NCBI GenBank assembly: GCA_041654895.1
Contig: JBAZCR010000001.1
Span: 11,057 to 75,056, forward strand
Source: Candidatus Pacearchaeota archaeon
GTDB taxonomy: Archaea > Nanobdellota > Nanobdellia > Pacearchaeales > GW2011-AR1
Reading direction: 5' to 3'
DNA length: 64,000 nt
In this document: positions 1 to 9,704 of the stretch, one piece after another
How positions within the stretch are numbered: position 1 is the first letter of the stretch
Layout: every line of letters starts with the position of its first letter
Notes under the pieces: model-generated
The model's database searches: none
Seen by the model: only the letters and a program-made list of their open reading frames with translations
Told to the model about the DNA's origin: nothing
Made by a program: the position numbers and the translations under genes

Positions 1-318
1 ATTTTCATTAATCTTTAAAGTGAATGGAGCCATAAAAAAACTTTGATAATCTTTTGTAAATGTTCCTGATTTAATAGTATAACTTGCTTGAGATGACGGA
101 TCTAGAGTAAAAGGATAATTTTCTACAATTCCTAAAGAGATATCTCCACACTCATTTGAACTAATACCATTTACCTGAAAAACTATTTTAACTGTTTCTC
201 CGGGAACTGCTGGATAAGGCTCTTGATTTAAAAGAGATATATCTAAATTACAAGCATTTGCTAAAATAAAGTTAAAACTAAGGCAAAATATAAATAAAAA
301 TAATAAACCTCTTTTCAT
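1..318 (-). CDS. Secreted protein, N-terminal part only (gene runs off the left edge of the window)
   Basis: Minus-strand ATG at 316-318 opens a frame reading MKRGLLFLFIFCLSFNFILANA... (signal-peptide-like) that stays open to position 1. It is not in the ORF track because it is partial. Confidence 0.35.
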   Translation of the reverse strand, partial: MKRGLLFLFIFCLSFNFILANACNLDISLLNQEPYPAVPGETVKIVFQVNGISSNECGDISLGIVENYPFTLDPSSQASYTIKSGTFTKDYQSFFMAPFTLKINEN

Positions 319-432
319 AAATAGGATAAAATAAAATTGTTTTTAAGTCTTTTGTTCTCTTTATTAAAAATTATATAACAAGACTCTATAAATATTTAAA
401 AAGAACCTTATTAAATTTGTTTAAAAGAAGAG

Positions 433-639
433 ATGGTAAAGAAATGTATATATTGCTCTGAAGAAATAGAAGATTATTGCGTTGTAGATATGTGTTCGAG
501 ATGTATGTATCAAGTTTGGGGAGAAAAAATGACTAGAGCAATTATAGAAAATATGGAAAAAGAGAAAAAAAATGGAAACCTTGAATTAGGTAGAGTTAGT
601 GAAGAGTCAAAAGTTAAATTAGAAACAGAAGATTTTTGA
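433..639 (+). CDS. Small Cys-rich (zinc-finger-like) hypothetical protein
   Basis: CxxC...CxxC spacing in the 68-aa ORF. No recognisable family. Confidence 0.3.
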   Translation: MVKKCIYCSEEIEDYCVVDMCSRCMYQVWGEKMTRAIIENMEKEKKNGNLELGRVSEESKVKLETEDF

Positions 640-759
640 ATTTAGGTGCTTGTGAAAACATTTTTAAAGGGTTTTTTTCTTAACATAATAGGATAGTTTT
701 GTCCGAGTTGGAAACAGCGAGAAAATAGAGGAGTTCTTGTTGTTATTTAAAAAAATAAA

Positions 760-1008
760 ATGGTTAGAGGAAAAAGAATTAGGCAAAAGGGAAAAATAAA
801 ACTTAGTGAATACTTTAAAAAATTAGATGATGGAGAAAGAGTTGCAGTTGTTGTTGAAAAAGGTTTAAGAGCTTCTTTTCCAAAAAGATTACAAGGACGA
901 AGTGGAGCAATAATTGGAACAAGAGGAAAATTTAAATTAGTTAAAATAAATGATAAGAACAAGTTAAAAACATATATAATACACCCTGTTCATTTAAAGA
1001 GATTATAA
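760..1008 (+). CDS. rpl21e: 50S ribosomal protein L21e
   Basis: Has the size (82 aa), basic N-terminus and the GxRxxxxxExG...F...GR(S/T)G motif pattern of L21e. Lies directly upstream of the conserved archaeal RpoF/DUF655 pair. Confidence 0.6.
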   Translation: MVRGKRIRQKGKIKLSEYFKKLDDGERVAVVVEKGLRASFPKRLQGRSGAIIGTRGKFKLVKINDKNKLKTYIIHPVHLKRL

Positions 1009-1310
1009 TGGTTATAAAAGAAGAAAAAGCATTAACAATTACCGAAGTAATAGACTTAGTTGAAAAATCAAGTAAAGAATATGAAATAAAAAACTTCTTA
1101 AAACAATTTAATAAAAATACTTTAGAAGATGTAAAAAATATGAAAGAAGAATTAAAAAATCTAGAAATATTAAAATTAAAAGAAATACATATTACTAAGA
1201 TAATTGATTTTAAACCTACTGAAGTTTCTGAATTAAATAAAATAATTAGTGATGTTAGTCTAGATAATGACGAAATTACTAAGATAATTGATGTTATCAA
1301 GAAATATTAA
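1008..1310 (+). CDS. rpoF: Putative RNA polymerase subunit Rpo4/F
   Basis: A 100-aa acidic helical protein in the conserved archaeal gene order L21e-RpoF-DUF655. Start overlaps the L21e stop (ATAATGG). Assignment rests mostly on synteny. Confidence 0.4.
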   Translation: MVIKEEKALTITEVIDLVEKSSKEYEIKNFLKQFNKNTLEDVKNMKEELKNLEILKLKEIHITKIIDFKPTEVSELNKIISDVSLDNDEITKIIDVIKKY

Positions 1311-1852
1311 TGAAAATGGCAAGAGAAGACTATGCAATAATATTAGATTTTTTACCTTATGGTTATCCTTTAGAGAACAAAATGATACCAATAGCCCAGG
1401 CTATTGGAAAAAATAATTTTACTCTCTTACAAATTGTTCCTAGAAAGGGAATGAAATTTGAGATAGGAGAGGAAGTGTATATTGGAGAAAAGAAACGAGA
1501 TAAAGTTCAATATATTTTAGGGAGATGTCCTAGAGAAAAATTGACACAAAACTCAAAAATGCAATTATTAGAGCATATTAAAAAATCAATAGATGAAGAC
1601 GAAGAAAGATTTGTTTCTTTTTTTAATAAGGCTGAACCTATTAATACAAGACTTCACCAATTTGAATTACTTCCAGGATTTGGAAAAAAGCACACTCTAA
1701 CAATATTAAATGCAAGAAATGAAAAAGAATTTAAATCGTTTCAAGATATTAAAGAAAGAGCTTCAAATATTCCAGACCCAAAAAAAGCAATTGAAAGGAG
1801 AATATTTGAAGAATTAACTAACATCGAAAGATATAATATGTTTATAAGTTAA
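1310..1852 (+). CDS. DUF655-family predicted RNA-binding protein (COG1491-like)
   Basis: N-terminus MKMAREDYAIILDFLPYGYP... and HhH-like C-terminal half are typical of DUF655, which follows rpoF in many archaea. Start is coupled to the rpoF stop. Confidence 0.5.
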   Translation: MKMAREDYAIILDFLPYGYPLENKMIPIAQAIGKNNFTLLQIVPRKGMKFEIGEEVYIGEKKRDKVQYILGRCPREKLTQNSKMQLLEHIKKSIDEDEERFVSFFNKAEPINTRLHQFELLPGFGKKHTLTILNARNEKEFKSFQDIKERASNIPDPKKAIERRIFEELTNIERYNMFIS

Positions 1853-1853
1853 A

Positions 1854-2321
1854 ATGGAAGGAAAAAAAGTAAAACACGAAGAAGAAAGCTATCAAGTCAG
1901 AAGATTACTTGGAAAGGACATTAGAGGTAATAAAAAAGTTTTAGCTGGTTTAACCAAAATAAAGGGGATAAGCTGGTCCTATTCTAATGCTATTTGTAAA
2001 ATACTAGATATTGATCAAAATAAAAGAGTGGGCGATTTAACAAATGAAGAAATAGACAAAATAGAAGAATTTATGAAAGACCCAAAAATGCATTCATTTT
2101 TAATGAATAGACAAAAAGATTTCTCAACAGGAGAAGATTATCATTATTATGGTGCTGATTTAAGCTTAAGAAATGAGTTTGATATTAAAAGATTAAAAAA
2201 AATTAGATCTTATAGAGGAATTAGACATACAACAAAACTTCCTGTGAGAGGTCAAAGGACTAAATCAAATTTTAGACTAAATAAAAATAAAAGTGGTGCA
2301 GGAATAAAAAAGAAAGCATAA
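1854..2321 (+). CDS. rps13: 30S ribosomal protein S13 (uS13)
   Basis: Motifs NKKVLAGLTKIKGIS, RHTTKLPVRGQRTK and a basic C-terminus. First gene of the archaeal S13-S4-S11-RpoD cluster. Confidence 0.8.
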   Translation: MEGKKVKHEEESYQVRRLLGKDIRGNKKVLAGLTKIKGISWSYSNAICKILDIDQNKRVGDLTNEEIDKIEEFMKDPKMHSFLMNRQKDFSTGEDYHYYGADLSLRNEFDIKRLKKIRSYRGIRHTTKLPVRGQRTKSNFRLNKNKSGAGIKKKA

Positions 2322-2332
2322 GGAGCGATTAA

Positions 2333-2836
2333 ATGGGAGAAATTAAAAGAAAAAGAAAAAAATACTCTAGACCAAGAAAAATGTTTGATAGAGCTAGAAT
2401 TGATGCTGAAAATTTAATTGTAGAGGAATATGGTTTAAAGAATAAAAAAGAAATTTGGAGAGTAAATAGTCAAGTATCTAAACTAAGGTCTCGTGCAAAA
2501 GAATTAATTAGATCAAATAGCGAAGAGCAAAAATCTTACTTTGAAAAATTAAATAAATTAGGCTTTAATATTAAAGAAATTAGTGATGTTCTTGCTTTAA
2601 CTGAAAGAGATTTATTAGAAAGAAGATTGCAAACCATTGTTTATAAAAAGGGGTTATCTAACAGTATTAAACAAGCAAGACAACTAATAGCACATAAACA
2701 TGTTCTTGTTGATGGTTGTGCGGTAAGTGCTCCTTCTTTTTGGGTTGAAAAAGACTTAGAGAATAAAATTTCTTTAAAACCAAGAAAAGAAAAGAGAATA
2801 AAGTCTAATAAATCAGAGGATATTGAAGAAGAATAA
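2333..2836 (+). CDS. rps4: 30S ribosomal protein S4 (uS4)
   Basis: N-terminus KYSRPRKMFDRARIDAE plus an S4 RNA-binding domain (LERRLQTIVYKKGLSNSIKQARQLIAHKHVLVDG). Confidence 0.8.
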   Translation: MGEIKRKRKKYSRPRKMFDRARIDAENLIVEEYGLKNKKEIWRVNSQVSKLRSRAKELIRSNSEEQKSYFEKLNKLGFNIKEISDVLALTERDLLERRLQTIVYKKGLSNSIKQARQLIAHKHVLVDGCAVSAPSFWVEKDLENKISLKPRKEKRIKSNKSEDIEEE

Positions 2837-3230
2837 AATGGCTAAGAAGAAAAATGATGAACATACAGGGATACTACATATTTATGCTAGTTTTAATAAT
2901 ACTATTGCAACACTTACAGATTTATCTGGAACAACTATTGGAAGAACAAGTGGCGGTCAGATAACAAAACATGACAGAATGAAGGCAAATCCTACAATTG
3001 CGATGTTTATTGCTAAAAAGATATTGGAGATTTGTAAAGATTATAAAATTACAAATTTATATATTAAGATGAAAGGTCAAACTGGAGAAAAAGGTATTGG
3101 TCCTGGTGCTCATACAATAGTTAAAACACTAACAAAAGAAGGATTAAAGATATTAAGCTTAACAGAAGTAACTTGTGTTCCAAGAGGCGGACCAAAGAAG
3201 AGTGGGGGAAGGAGGGGAAGAAGAGTATAA
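2823..3230 (+). CDS. rps11: 30S ribosomal protein S11 (uS11)
   Basis: GILHIYASFNNTIATLTDLSG, the C-terminal VTCVPRGGPKKSGGRRGRR and synteny. Confidence 0.8.
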   Translation: MKKNKMAKKKNDEHTGILHIYASFNNTIATLTDLSGTTIGRTSGGQITKHDRMKANPTIAMFIAKKILEICKDYKITNLYIKMKGQTGEKGIGPGAHTIVKTLTKEGLKILSLTEVTCVPRGGPKKSGGRRGRRV

Positions 3231-3262
3231 ATTTATAAATAAATTTAAATCAAAAATATATA

Positions 3263-3967
3263 ATGGAAATAATCGAACAAAATAAAGAAAAAATAAAATT
3301 TATTGCTGAGACAAATGTAAGCCTAGCAAATGCTATTAGAAGGAGTGTCAGTGAAATTCCAACTTTGGCGATTAAAGAAGTTGATTTCTATAAAAATGAT
3401 AGTGCATTATATGATGAAATTATAGCCCATAGGTTAGGTTTAATCCCTTTAAAAAACCAAAAATTAAAACAAGGTGAATTAATAGAGTTAAAATTAAAGA
3501 AAAAATCTAAAGATGAGAATACTTTTGTTAAGGCTGGAGAATTAGGAAATGATGTTGTTTATTCTGAAATGCCAATTGTTTTATTAGGAAAGAATCAAGA
3601 AATTGAGCTTGTAGCAAAAGCAGGTGTAGGTATTGGTTTAGAACATTCAAAATATGTCCCAGGATTATTATATTATAAACAATTACCCAAAATAAAAATA
3701 ACAAAAGAAGGTGAATCACATATTGAATTAGCTAATGATTATCCAGATGTTTTTGAATTCAAAGATAAATTAAGAGTAAAAGATGCAACACAATGTGAAA
3801 TTGATAATGATGACTTAAAGAATTTCCCAGGCGTTGAGATTAGTTTAAGTAAGGAAATAGTATTTAATATAGAATCTTGGGGACAAATTGATGCAAAAAA
3901 TATATTTAATGAAGCTTGTAAAGTATTAAAATCAAACCTCTTGGAAGTATCTCGGGCATTAAAATAA
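3263..3967 (+). CDS. rpoD: DNA-directed RNA polymerase subunit D (Rpo3)
   Basis: N-terminal dimerisation motif NAIRRSVSEIPTLAIKEVDFYKNDSALYDEIIAHRLGLIPLK. Sits at the conserved position after S11. Confidence 0.8.
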   Translation: MEIIEQNKEKIKFIAETNVSLANAIRRSVSEIPTLAIKEVDFYKNDSALYDEIIAHRLGLIPLKNQKLKQGELIELKLKKKSKDENTFVKAGELGNDVVYSEMPIVLLGKNQEIELVAKAGVGIGLEHSKYVPGLLYYKQLPKIKITKEGESHIELANDYPDVFEFKDKLRVKDATQCEIDNDDLKNFPGVEISLSKEIVFNIESWGQIDAKNIFNEACKVLKSNLLEVSRALK

Positions 3968-3971
3968 AAAT

Positions 3972-4054
3972 GAGGAGATGCCGGAGCGGTCAAACGGGGT
4001 ACGTTAAGGGCGTATTGGTTTTTACCTACGGGGGTTCGAATCCTCCTCTCCTCA
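3972..4054 (+). tRNA. tRNA-Leu (type II, long variable arm); anticodon reads AAG by standard numbering
   Basis: Acceptor GAGGAGA/UCUCCUC, D-arm CCG-GAGCGGUCAAA-CGG, anticodon arm GUACG-UUAAGGG-CGUAU, about 14-nt variable arm, T-arm GGGGG-UUCGAAU-CCUCC, discriminator A73, no encoded CCA. A34 is unusual, so the anticodon call is less certain than the Leu/type-II call. Confidence 0.75.
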
Positions 4055-4066
4055 TTAAAATAAAAA

Positions 4067-4423
4067 ATGAAAATAAGTAAAACGAAAATAGAAAATAGAA
4101 TGAAAAAAAAGAAAGATTTACTTTTAGTTAAAACGATAATTCTTTTAAAAAAGACTAATCCAGAGGTAGCCAAAGAATTAGCAAAACCAAAAAGAAAATG
4201 GCCCTCAATTAATTTAAAGGATTTACAATTAGTTGAAGGAGATATTGTTGTTGCTGGAAAAGTTTTAAGTGCTGGAGAGATAAGTGATCCTAAAAAAATA
4301 GTTGCTTGGTCTTTTAGCCAAAAAGCAAAAGAAAAAATAGAAGAATCTAAAGGAAAAGCAATTTTAATAAGTGAAGAAATTAAAAAAAATCCTGAATTAA
4401 ATAATTTGATTATAGTAAAATAA
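4067..4423 (+). CDS. rpl18e: 50S ribosomal protein L18e (eL18)
   Basis: C-terminal half VVAGKVLSAGEISDPKKIVAWSFSQKAKEKIEESKGKA matches L18e. Expected position after rpoD/tRNA in the archaeal cluster. Confidence 0.7.
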   Translation: MKISKTKIENRMKKKKDLLLVKTIILLKKTNPEVAKELAKPKRKWPSINLKDLQLVEGDIVVAGKVLSAGEISDPKKIVAWSFSQKAKEKIEESKGKAILISEEIKKNPELNNLIIVK

Positions 4424-4424
4424 A

Positions 4425-4838
4425 ATGGTAAAAATAATAGTTAATGGTAAAGATGCAATTTTAGGTAGAATGGGTAGTTATGTTTCTAAGGAATTGCTAA
4501 AAGGAAACTCTATTGATATAATTAATAGTGAAGAAGTTGTTATCTCTGGGAAAAAAGAATATATGATTGAAAAAATAAAGAGAAAAAGAAGAATGGGACA
4601 AGGAAGTTCATTAAAAGGCCCAAGATATATTAGAAGGGAAGACATGTTATTAAAAAGAATGATTAGAGGAATGTTACCCTGGGATAGGCAAAAGGGAAGA
4701 GATGCCTATAAGAGATTAAGATGTTATATAGGGGATAATAATTTAACAGAGGAACAAAAGAAAAAAACTAAAAATTTTGAACATCACTTGCCATTAAATC
4801 ATTATAAATTAAAAGAAGTTGTTAAGGGGTTAATATGA
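4425..4838 (+). CDS. rpl13: 50S ribosomal protein L13 (uL13)
   Basis: IIVNGKDAILGRMGSYVSKELLKG and MLPW.R.KGR motifs, plus synteny. Confidence 0.8.
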   Translation: MVKIIVNGKDAILGRMGSYVSKELLKGNSIDIINSEEVVISGKKEYMIEKIKRKRRMGQGSSLKGPRYIRREDMLLKRMIRGMLPWDRQKGRDAYKRLRCYIGDNNLTEEQKKKTKNFEHHLPLNHYKLKEVVKGLI

Positions 4839-5236
4839 ATAATATTGTAGTTACAGGAAAAAGAAAGAGTGCTATTGCAAAAGCCACAATAAAAGAAGGA
4901 ACAGGAAACATTACTATAAACAGAAGACCAATTTCTCAATTACCTTATTTACAACAATTAGAGGTAAATGAGCCCTTAATATTAACTCATGAAATATTAG
5001 GTAATTTAAATTTTGACGTTAGTGTAAATGTTAAGGGTGGTGGAACTTCATCAAGAATTGAGGCATCAAGACTTGCTATAGCAAGAGCAATTTTAAAATA
5101 TTTTAATAACGAAGAACTTAGAAGAACTTTTATTACCTATGATAGAAATATGGTGGTAGCAGATACTAGAAGAAAAGAAGCCTGTAAACCCGGGGATTCT
5201 AAAGCAAGAGCAAAAAGACAAACAAGTTTTAGATAA
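4835..5236 (+). CDS. rps9: 30S ribosomal protein S9 (uS9)
   Basis: GKRKSAIAKATIKEGTG, GGGTSSRIEASRLAIARAIL, and the C-terminal ARAKRQTSFR. Confidence 0.8.
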   Translation: MNNIVVTGKRKSAIAKATIKEGTGNITINRRPISQLPYLQQLEVNEPLILTHEILGNLNFDVSVNVKGGGTSSRIEASRLAIARAILKYFNNEELRRTFITYDRNMVVADTRRKEACKPGDSKARAKRQTSFR

Positions 5237-6386
5237 GATTAAAAATTAATTTTAAAAAGTGAACAATTTTTTCTCCACCCAATTGTATTACAATTCCAAA
5301 GATAAATACTAAACTTAACAAAAAAATTGCAATTTTATTTAATGGAACTGAATACTCGGGAATTCTTTTTCCTTTTTGTTTTGATTTAAAATTCATAACT
5401 AATATTAAAATGCCAGTTGAACCTCCTGTAACTACTCCAGCAAAGGATAAAATTTGAACAAAAGAAGCTAATTTAAAAAAATGAATTATTAAGAACATAA
5501 TGATTGGAGCAATTGAGCAGATGAGCCATGCGTGATTTCTTTTAACATTAAAATCAAACCTAAACATGTCTCTTAGTGATATATTAAGGGATAAATAACT
5601 TGTAAAAATAGCTATAGCTCCTAAAACAGCAAAACCTCTTCCCAAAGCTAATGTTGCAATCTCAGGAACTTGTTTTCCAAAATTTCCTAGTAAGACCAAA
5701 GTGAATAAAGAATAAACTACAAAAGGAATTAAAACTCCAAGAATAATAGATTTTTTCATCCAATTTTCTTTTCCTAATAGCAATCTTTTAGCTGAAGGAA
5801 TAGAAGAGAAAGATGTGAAAGAGAACAATACAATCCCAAAAGGAAAGAAGAAATTTTCTGGTTCAACAAATGTTAAGTTATCCATTTTTATTGAAGGAGT
5901 ATAAAATAATATAATTAAAAAAATAAATCCTAATATAAAATAAAACCCTACTTTTCCATATAGTTTTAATGCTCTAAGTCCGATATATGTTAGAATAGAA
6001 AGTAAAATCCAGAAAATAATTGAAAAAAGTAAGGCATAATTATTTGTTCCAGAAAAAATATAAGATAGGCTCTCACCTCCACCAATTATATATGCAATTA
6101 ATGTTGAAAAAATGTAAAAAATCATAATGAAAAGAGTTAATTTTTTTCCTTTATTACCTAAATATCTCTTTGCATAACCTGTTAATTGGCTATTTCCCTT
6201 TGTTCTTAAAATAATTTCTCCTAAACAAAGTTGAACAAATAAAACAAATAAACCAATTAAAATTAGATAGATAAAACCAATCAAAAATCCGGTTTTAGCA
6301 ATGATATAAGGTAAGCCTAAAAAACCTGCACCCATTGCCGTCCCTGCAATTAATGAAACAGGGTTTGATAATTTTTTTTTCACCAT
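5229..6386 (-). CDS. Amino-acid permease-like polytopic membrane protein (HAAAP/Aa_trans-like)
   Basis: About 11 predicted TM helices. N-terminus SLIAGTAMGAGFLGLPYIIAKTGF resembles hydroxy/aromatic amino-acid permeases. Confidence 0.45.
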   Translation of the reverse strand: MVKKKLSNPVSLIAGTAMGAGFLGLPYIIAKTGFLIGFIYLILIGLFVLFVQLCLGEIILRTKGNSQLTGYAKRYLGNKGKKLTLFIMIFYIFSTLIAYIIGGGESLSYIFSGTNNYALLFSIIFWILLSILTYIGLRALKLYGKVGFYFILGFIFLIILFYTPSIKMDNLTFVEPENFFFPFGIVLFSFTSFSSIPSAKRLLLGKENWMKKSIILGVLIPFVVYSLFTLVLLGNFGKQVPEIATLALGRGFAVLGAIAIFTSYLSLNISLRDMFRFDFNVKRNHAWLICSIAPIIMFLIIHFFKLASFVQILSFAGVVTGGSTGILILVMNFKSKQKGKRIPEYSVPLNKIAIFLLSLVFIFGIVIQLGGEKIVHFLKLIFNLI

Positions 6387-6470
6387 CTTATAAATAACAA
6401 ATTAAGTCTAAACTTAAATATCTTTTGAAAAAAATAAAATATTTATAAATTAAATCAAATTAATAATTAA

Positions 6471-9128
6471 ATGAAGAAAGAGGAGATTGTTGGTTTATCT
6501 AGTGCAGAATCTAAAAAAAGATTAGAAGAACACGGGTTTAATGAAATTAAAGATGTAAATAAAATATCTTCTTTTAAAATATTAATTAGACAAGTAAAAA
6601 GTAATTTCATTATTTATCTTTTGTTAGTTGCTATGATTTTATCTTTTCTTGTAAGTAAAAATATTACAGCCTACGTTTTACTTTTTGTTATACTAATATT
6701 AGTTACAACAGGATTTATTCAGGAATATAAGGCAGAAAAGTCAGTCCAAGCTCTTAAAAAAATGATTACTTCTACATGTCTTGTATTAAGAGATGGAAAA
6801 GAAAAAGAAATATATGTAAAAGAGCTTGTTCCAGGAGATATTTTAATTTTGAGAAATGGAGAAAAAATTCCTGCAGATTGTTTAATATTATATAAAAAGG
6901 AATTGTTAGTTAATGAATCTGTTTTAACCGGAGAAGCACATGAAATAAAAAAGGAGATAGCTATAGATCCTCAAAAATATGAAGATAAAAATGTGTTATT
7001 TATGGGTTCTTTTATTGTCCGTGGAAAAGCAATAGCAAAAGTAATTCATACTGGAATGAATACTAAATTTGGAAAGATTGCTAAATTAATATCCAAGAGT
7101 GAAAAAGAATTACTTTTACAAAAAAAAGTAAATAATATTGCAAAGTACATGGCCACCATAGGTCTATTTTTTTCAATTTTAACTGGACTAATAATTTTAT
7201 TTAGAGCTCCAGAGTTGAATAACCAAGTAATTGTTGAAGCATTAATTCTTGTTATTGCTGTTGCAGTATCATCATTTCCTGAAGGGTTTCCTGTTGTTTT
7301 AATTACAGCATTAGCCACAGGCTCATATAGGATGGCAAAGAAAAATGCCATTGTAAATAGAATGTCAATTATTGAAACATTAGGAGAAACGACAGTTATT
7401 TGTTCAGATAAAACTGGAACAATTACAAAAGGGGAAATGACAGTTACAAACATTTATTCTGATAATAAAGAATATACACTTTCTGGAACTGGTTATAATG
7501 ACAAAGGGAATTTTTATTTAGATAATAAGCCCGTAACTCTAGATAAAGAAAAATCCTTACAATTGTTATTAAAAGCAGGAATATATTGTAATGATGCGCA
7601 TATATATAGGAGTGGTCAAGAAGAGGGTGATTTTGATATAAATGGAACTCCAACAGAGGCTTCATTATTAATTGCAGCTTCAAAGGCAAAATTGTTTTAT
7701 GAGGATTTGTATTTTGATAGAAAAGAAGAGAATCCATTTTCATCTGAAAGAAAAATGATGTCTGTTTTAATTAAAGAAAAAAAAGAGAACTTTATTTACG
7801 CAAAAGGGGCCTTAGAAGTTTTATTAGATAAGTGCTCTTTTATTCAGAGAAATTCTGGAGTATATAGGCTTCTTGAAAAAGATAAAAAGAAAATATTAGA
7901 AGAAAATAAAAGATTTGGGAGTGAGTCATTAAGAACTTTAGCCTTTGCATATAAAATAACAAAAAATAATTTTAATAAAAAAATAGATTTTGAAAAGGAT
8001 TTAATCTTTTTAGGATTTGTAGGTATTAGAGACCCACCAAGAGAAGAGGTTAAAGAGTCTGTTAGGATGTGTAAAAAAGCAGGAATCAAAGTAAAGATGA
8101 TTACAGGAGATAGTAAAGAAACAGCTTATTCAATTGCAAAACAAATTGGTTTAGATAAAGGAAAAATTTTAGAAGGATTTGATATTGATAAATTAACTGA
8201 TGATGAACTAACAAGAATTGTTAATAAGACCGTTATTTTCGCGAGAGTAAGACCAGAACACAAATTAAGGATTGTAAAAGCACTAAAGGAGAATGGTGAA
8301 ATTGTTACAATGACAGGAGATGGAGTTAATGATGCTCCTGCACTAAAAGAAGCACATATTGGAGTTGCAATGGGCAAGAGCGGGACTGATGTTTCTCGTT
8401 CTGTTGCAGATTTAATTATTAAGGACGATGATTTCTCCACTATTGTTGATGCTATAAAAGAAGGAAGAACTATATTCAATAATATTAGAAAGTTTGTAAC
8501 ATATCAATTATCAGCTAATATAGCAGAATTAATAATTATTGTCATAGGCGCCTTATTAGTTCCTATTTTCGGTTGGCCAATCCCATTATTATTAGCATTG
8601 CAAATATTATTTATGAATATTGTAACTGATAATCTTCCTGCAATAACTTTAGGTTTAAACAAATCTTCTCAAGATATTATGGATGATAAACCAAGAGTAA
8701 AAGCACAGATTTTAAATAAGAATTTTGTACTAATTTTAATTTTCTCAGGAATATTTATGGCTTTGTTAGTCTTAATTACATTTTACTTTACATATAATAT
8801 CTTAGGTCAAACTATTGAAAGTGCAAGAACAACATCTTTAATTGCGCTAATATTTTTAGAAATTGCCGGTGCTTTTAATTTTAGAAGCTTCAGAAAAGGA
8901 ACAATTGGAAGATCTCTATTAACTAACCCTTCTTTAGCAATAGCTTCTTTTGTTTCAATTCTTGCAACAGTTTTGATAATTTATACTCCATTAAACATTA
9001 TATTTGAAACAGTTCATATACCTCTAATTGATTGGATTTTTGCTACAGGTCTTGGAATATTTTATATTATTGTATTTGATATTTTTAAAAAAATAAATGT
9101 AAAGAATCAAATACTAGATTTCAATTAA
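6471..9128 (+). CDS. Cation-transporting P-type ATPase (P2-type, Ca2+/Na+-K+ ATPase-like)
   Basis: CSDKTGTITKGEM phosphorylation motif, MITGDSKETA, TGDGVNDAPALK, TGE actuator motif, and 8-10 TM helices. Confidence 0.85.
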   Translation: MKKEEIVGLSSAESKKRLEEHGFNEIKDVNKISSFKILIRQVKSNFIIYLLLVAMILSFLVSKNITAYVLLFVILILVTTGFIQEYKAEKSVQALKKMITSTCLVLRDGKEKEIYVKELVPGDILILRNGEKIPADCLILYKKELLVNESVLTGEAHEIKKEIAIDPQKYEDKNVLFMGSFIVRGKAIAKVIHTGMNTKFGKIAKLISKSEKELLLQKKVNNIAKYMATIGLFFSILTGLIILFRAPELNNQVIVEALILVIAVAVSSFPEGFPVVLITALATGSYRMAKKNAIVNRMSIIETLGETTVICSDKTGTITKGEMTVTNIYSDNKEYTLSGTGYNDKGNFYLDNKPVTLDKEKSLQLLLKAGIYCNDAHIYRSGQEEGDFDINGTPTEASLLIAASKAKLFYEDLYFDRKEENPFSSERKMMSVLIKEKKENFIYAKGALEVLLDKCSFIQRNSGVYRLLEKDKKKILEENKRFGSESLRTLAFAYKITKNNFNKKIDFEKDLIFLGFVGIRDPPREEVKESVRMCKKAGIKVKMITGDSKETAYSIAKQIGLDKGKILEGFDIDKLTDDELTRIVNKTVIFARVRPEHKLRIVKALKENGEIVTMTGDGVNDAPALKEAHIGVAMGKSGTDVSRSVADLIIKDDDFSTIVDAIKEGRTIFNNIRKFVTYQLSANIAELIIIVIGALLVPIFGWPIPLLLALQILFMNIVTDNLPAITLGLNKSSQDIMDDKPRVKAQILNKNFVLILIFSGIFMALLVLITFYFTYNILGQTIESARTTSLIALIFLEIAGAFNFRSFRKGTIGRSLLTNPSLAIASFVSILATVLIIYTPLNIIFETVHIPLIDWIFATGLGIFYIIVFDIFKKINVKNQILDFN

Positions 9129-9682
9129 GGATATCTCTCAACAAAATTTTTATTGTTACGAGGTTTTAGAATTTTATTTAGCTTTCTCTGAGTAGCATAA
9201 AAAATCTCTGGATTAACTAAAGGAGTATGATTAGAAGGATACAATTGATTATTAAATTTTATTTCGCCTAGATAGGTCCTATTTTTTAAAATTTTTTTTA
9301 GACCATTTAATGAAATCCCGAAATCTTTAGAGAGCTTATTTAAAGAAATGTTTGAATTTAAAAATGTTTTAAAAATTAAAATAACTTTTGTTGAGTCTTC
9401 ATTTAATGTAAGAGCATTATTATGGATAGTATAACCAAAAGGAGCTCTTGTAACAGGATAACCCTGCTTTGCCTTAGCTTGCATTCCGGATAACTGTTTT
9501 TTTCCTGGTGTCGAATTATAAATCCTAAAAGTATCTAACATCTTCCAATCTATTTTTTCATTAATGTATTTTTCAAAATCCTTCTTGTTTTCTGGAGAAA
9601 ATGTCGAACAAATATTACATAGTGGCTGGTTAAATTTTAGGATATATCTTTTTTCATGATAACCACATTTTATGCATTTCAT
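9125..9682 (-). CDS. Zn-ribbon plus large-serine-recombinase 'Recombinase' domain protein that lacks the resolvase catalytic domain
   Basis: CIKCGYHE...CNIC ribbon, then GYPVTRAPFGYT...VILIFKTFL..ISLNKLSKDFGISLNGLKKILKNRTYLGEI...HTPLVNPEIFYATQ. This matches the pPyGY / vrrIf / iL.N..Y.GE / HePii..e.F..vQ blocks of the PF07508-type domain. Start trimmed to the internal ATG at 9680-9682, because the track's longer start overlaps the upstream gene. Confidence 0.5.
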   Translation of the reverse strand: MKCIKCGYHEKRYILKFNQPLCNICSTFSPENKKDFEKYINEKIDWKMLDTFRIYNSTPGKKQLSGMQAKAKQGYPVTRAPFGYTIHNNALTLNEDSTKVILIFKTFLNSNISLNKLSKDFGISLNGLKKILKNRTYLGEIKFNNQLYPSNHTPLVNPEIFYATQRKLNKILKPRNNKNFVERYP

Positions 9683-9704
9683 AACTAAATAAAAGGAGGG
9701 GTAT

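Noticed and set aside
640-760. Relatively GC-richer non-coding stretch (ggatagttttgtccgagttggaaacagcgag...) considered as a small ncRNA or tRNA
   Set aside because: No tRNA-like T-loop or acceptor pairing, no C/D-box (UGAUGA...CUGA) pair, and no convincing stem architecture. More likely the 5' UTR/promoter of rpl21e.
7046-8479. Antisense ORFs inside the P-type ATPase (7046..7453, 7444..7743, 7844..8089, 8126..8479)
   Set aside because: Entirely embedded in a high-confidence gene on the opposite strand. Low-complexity translations typical of AT-rich antisense frames.
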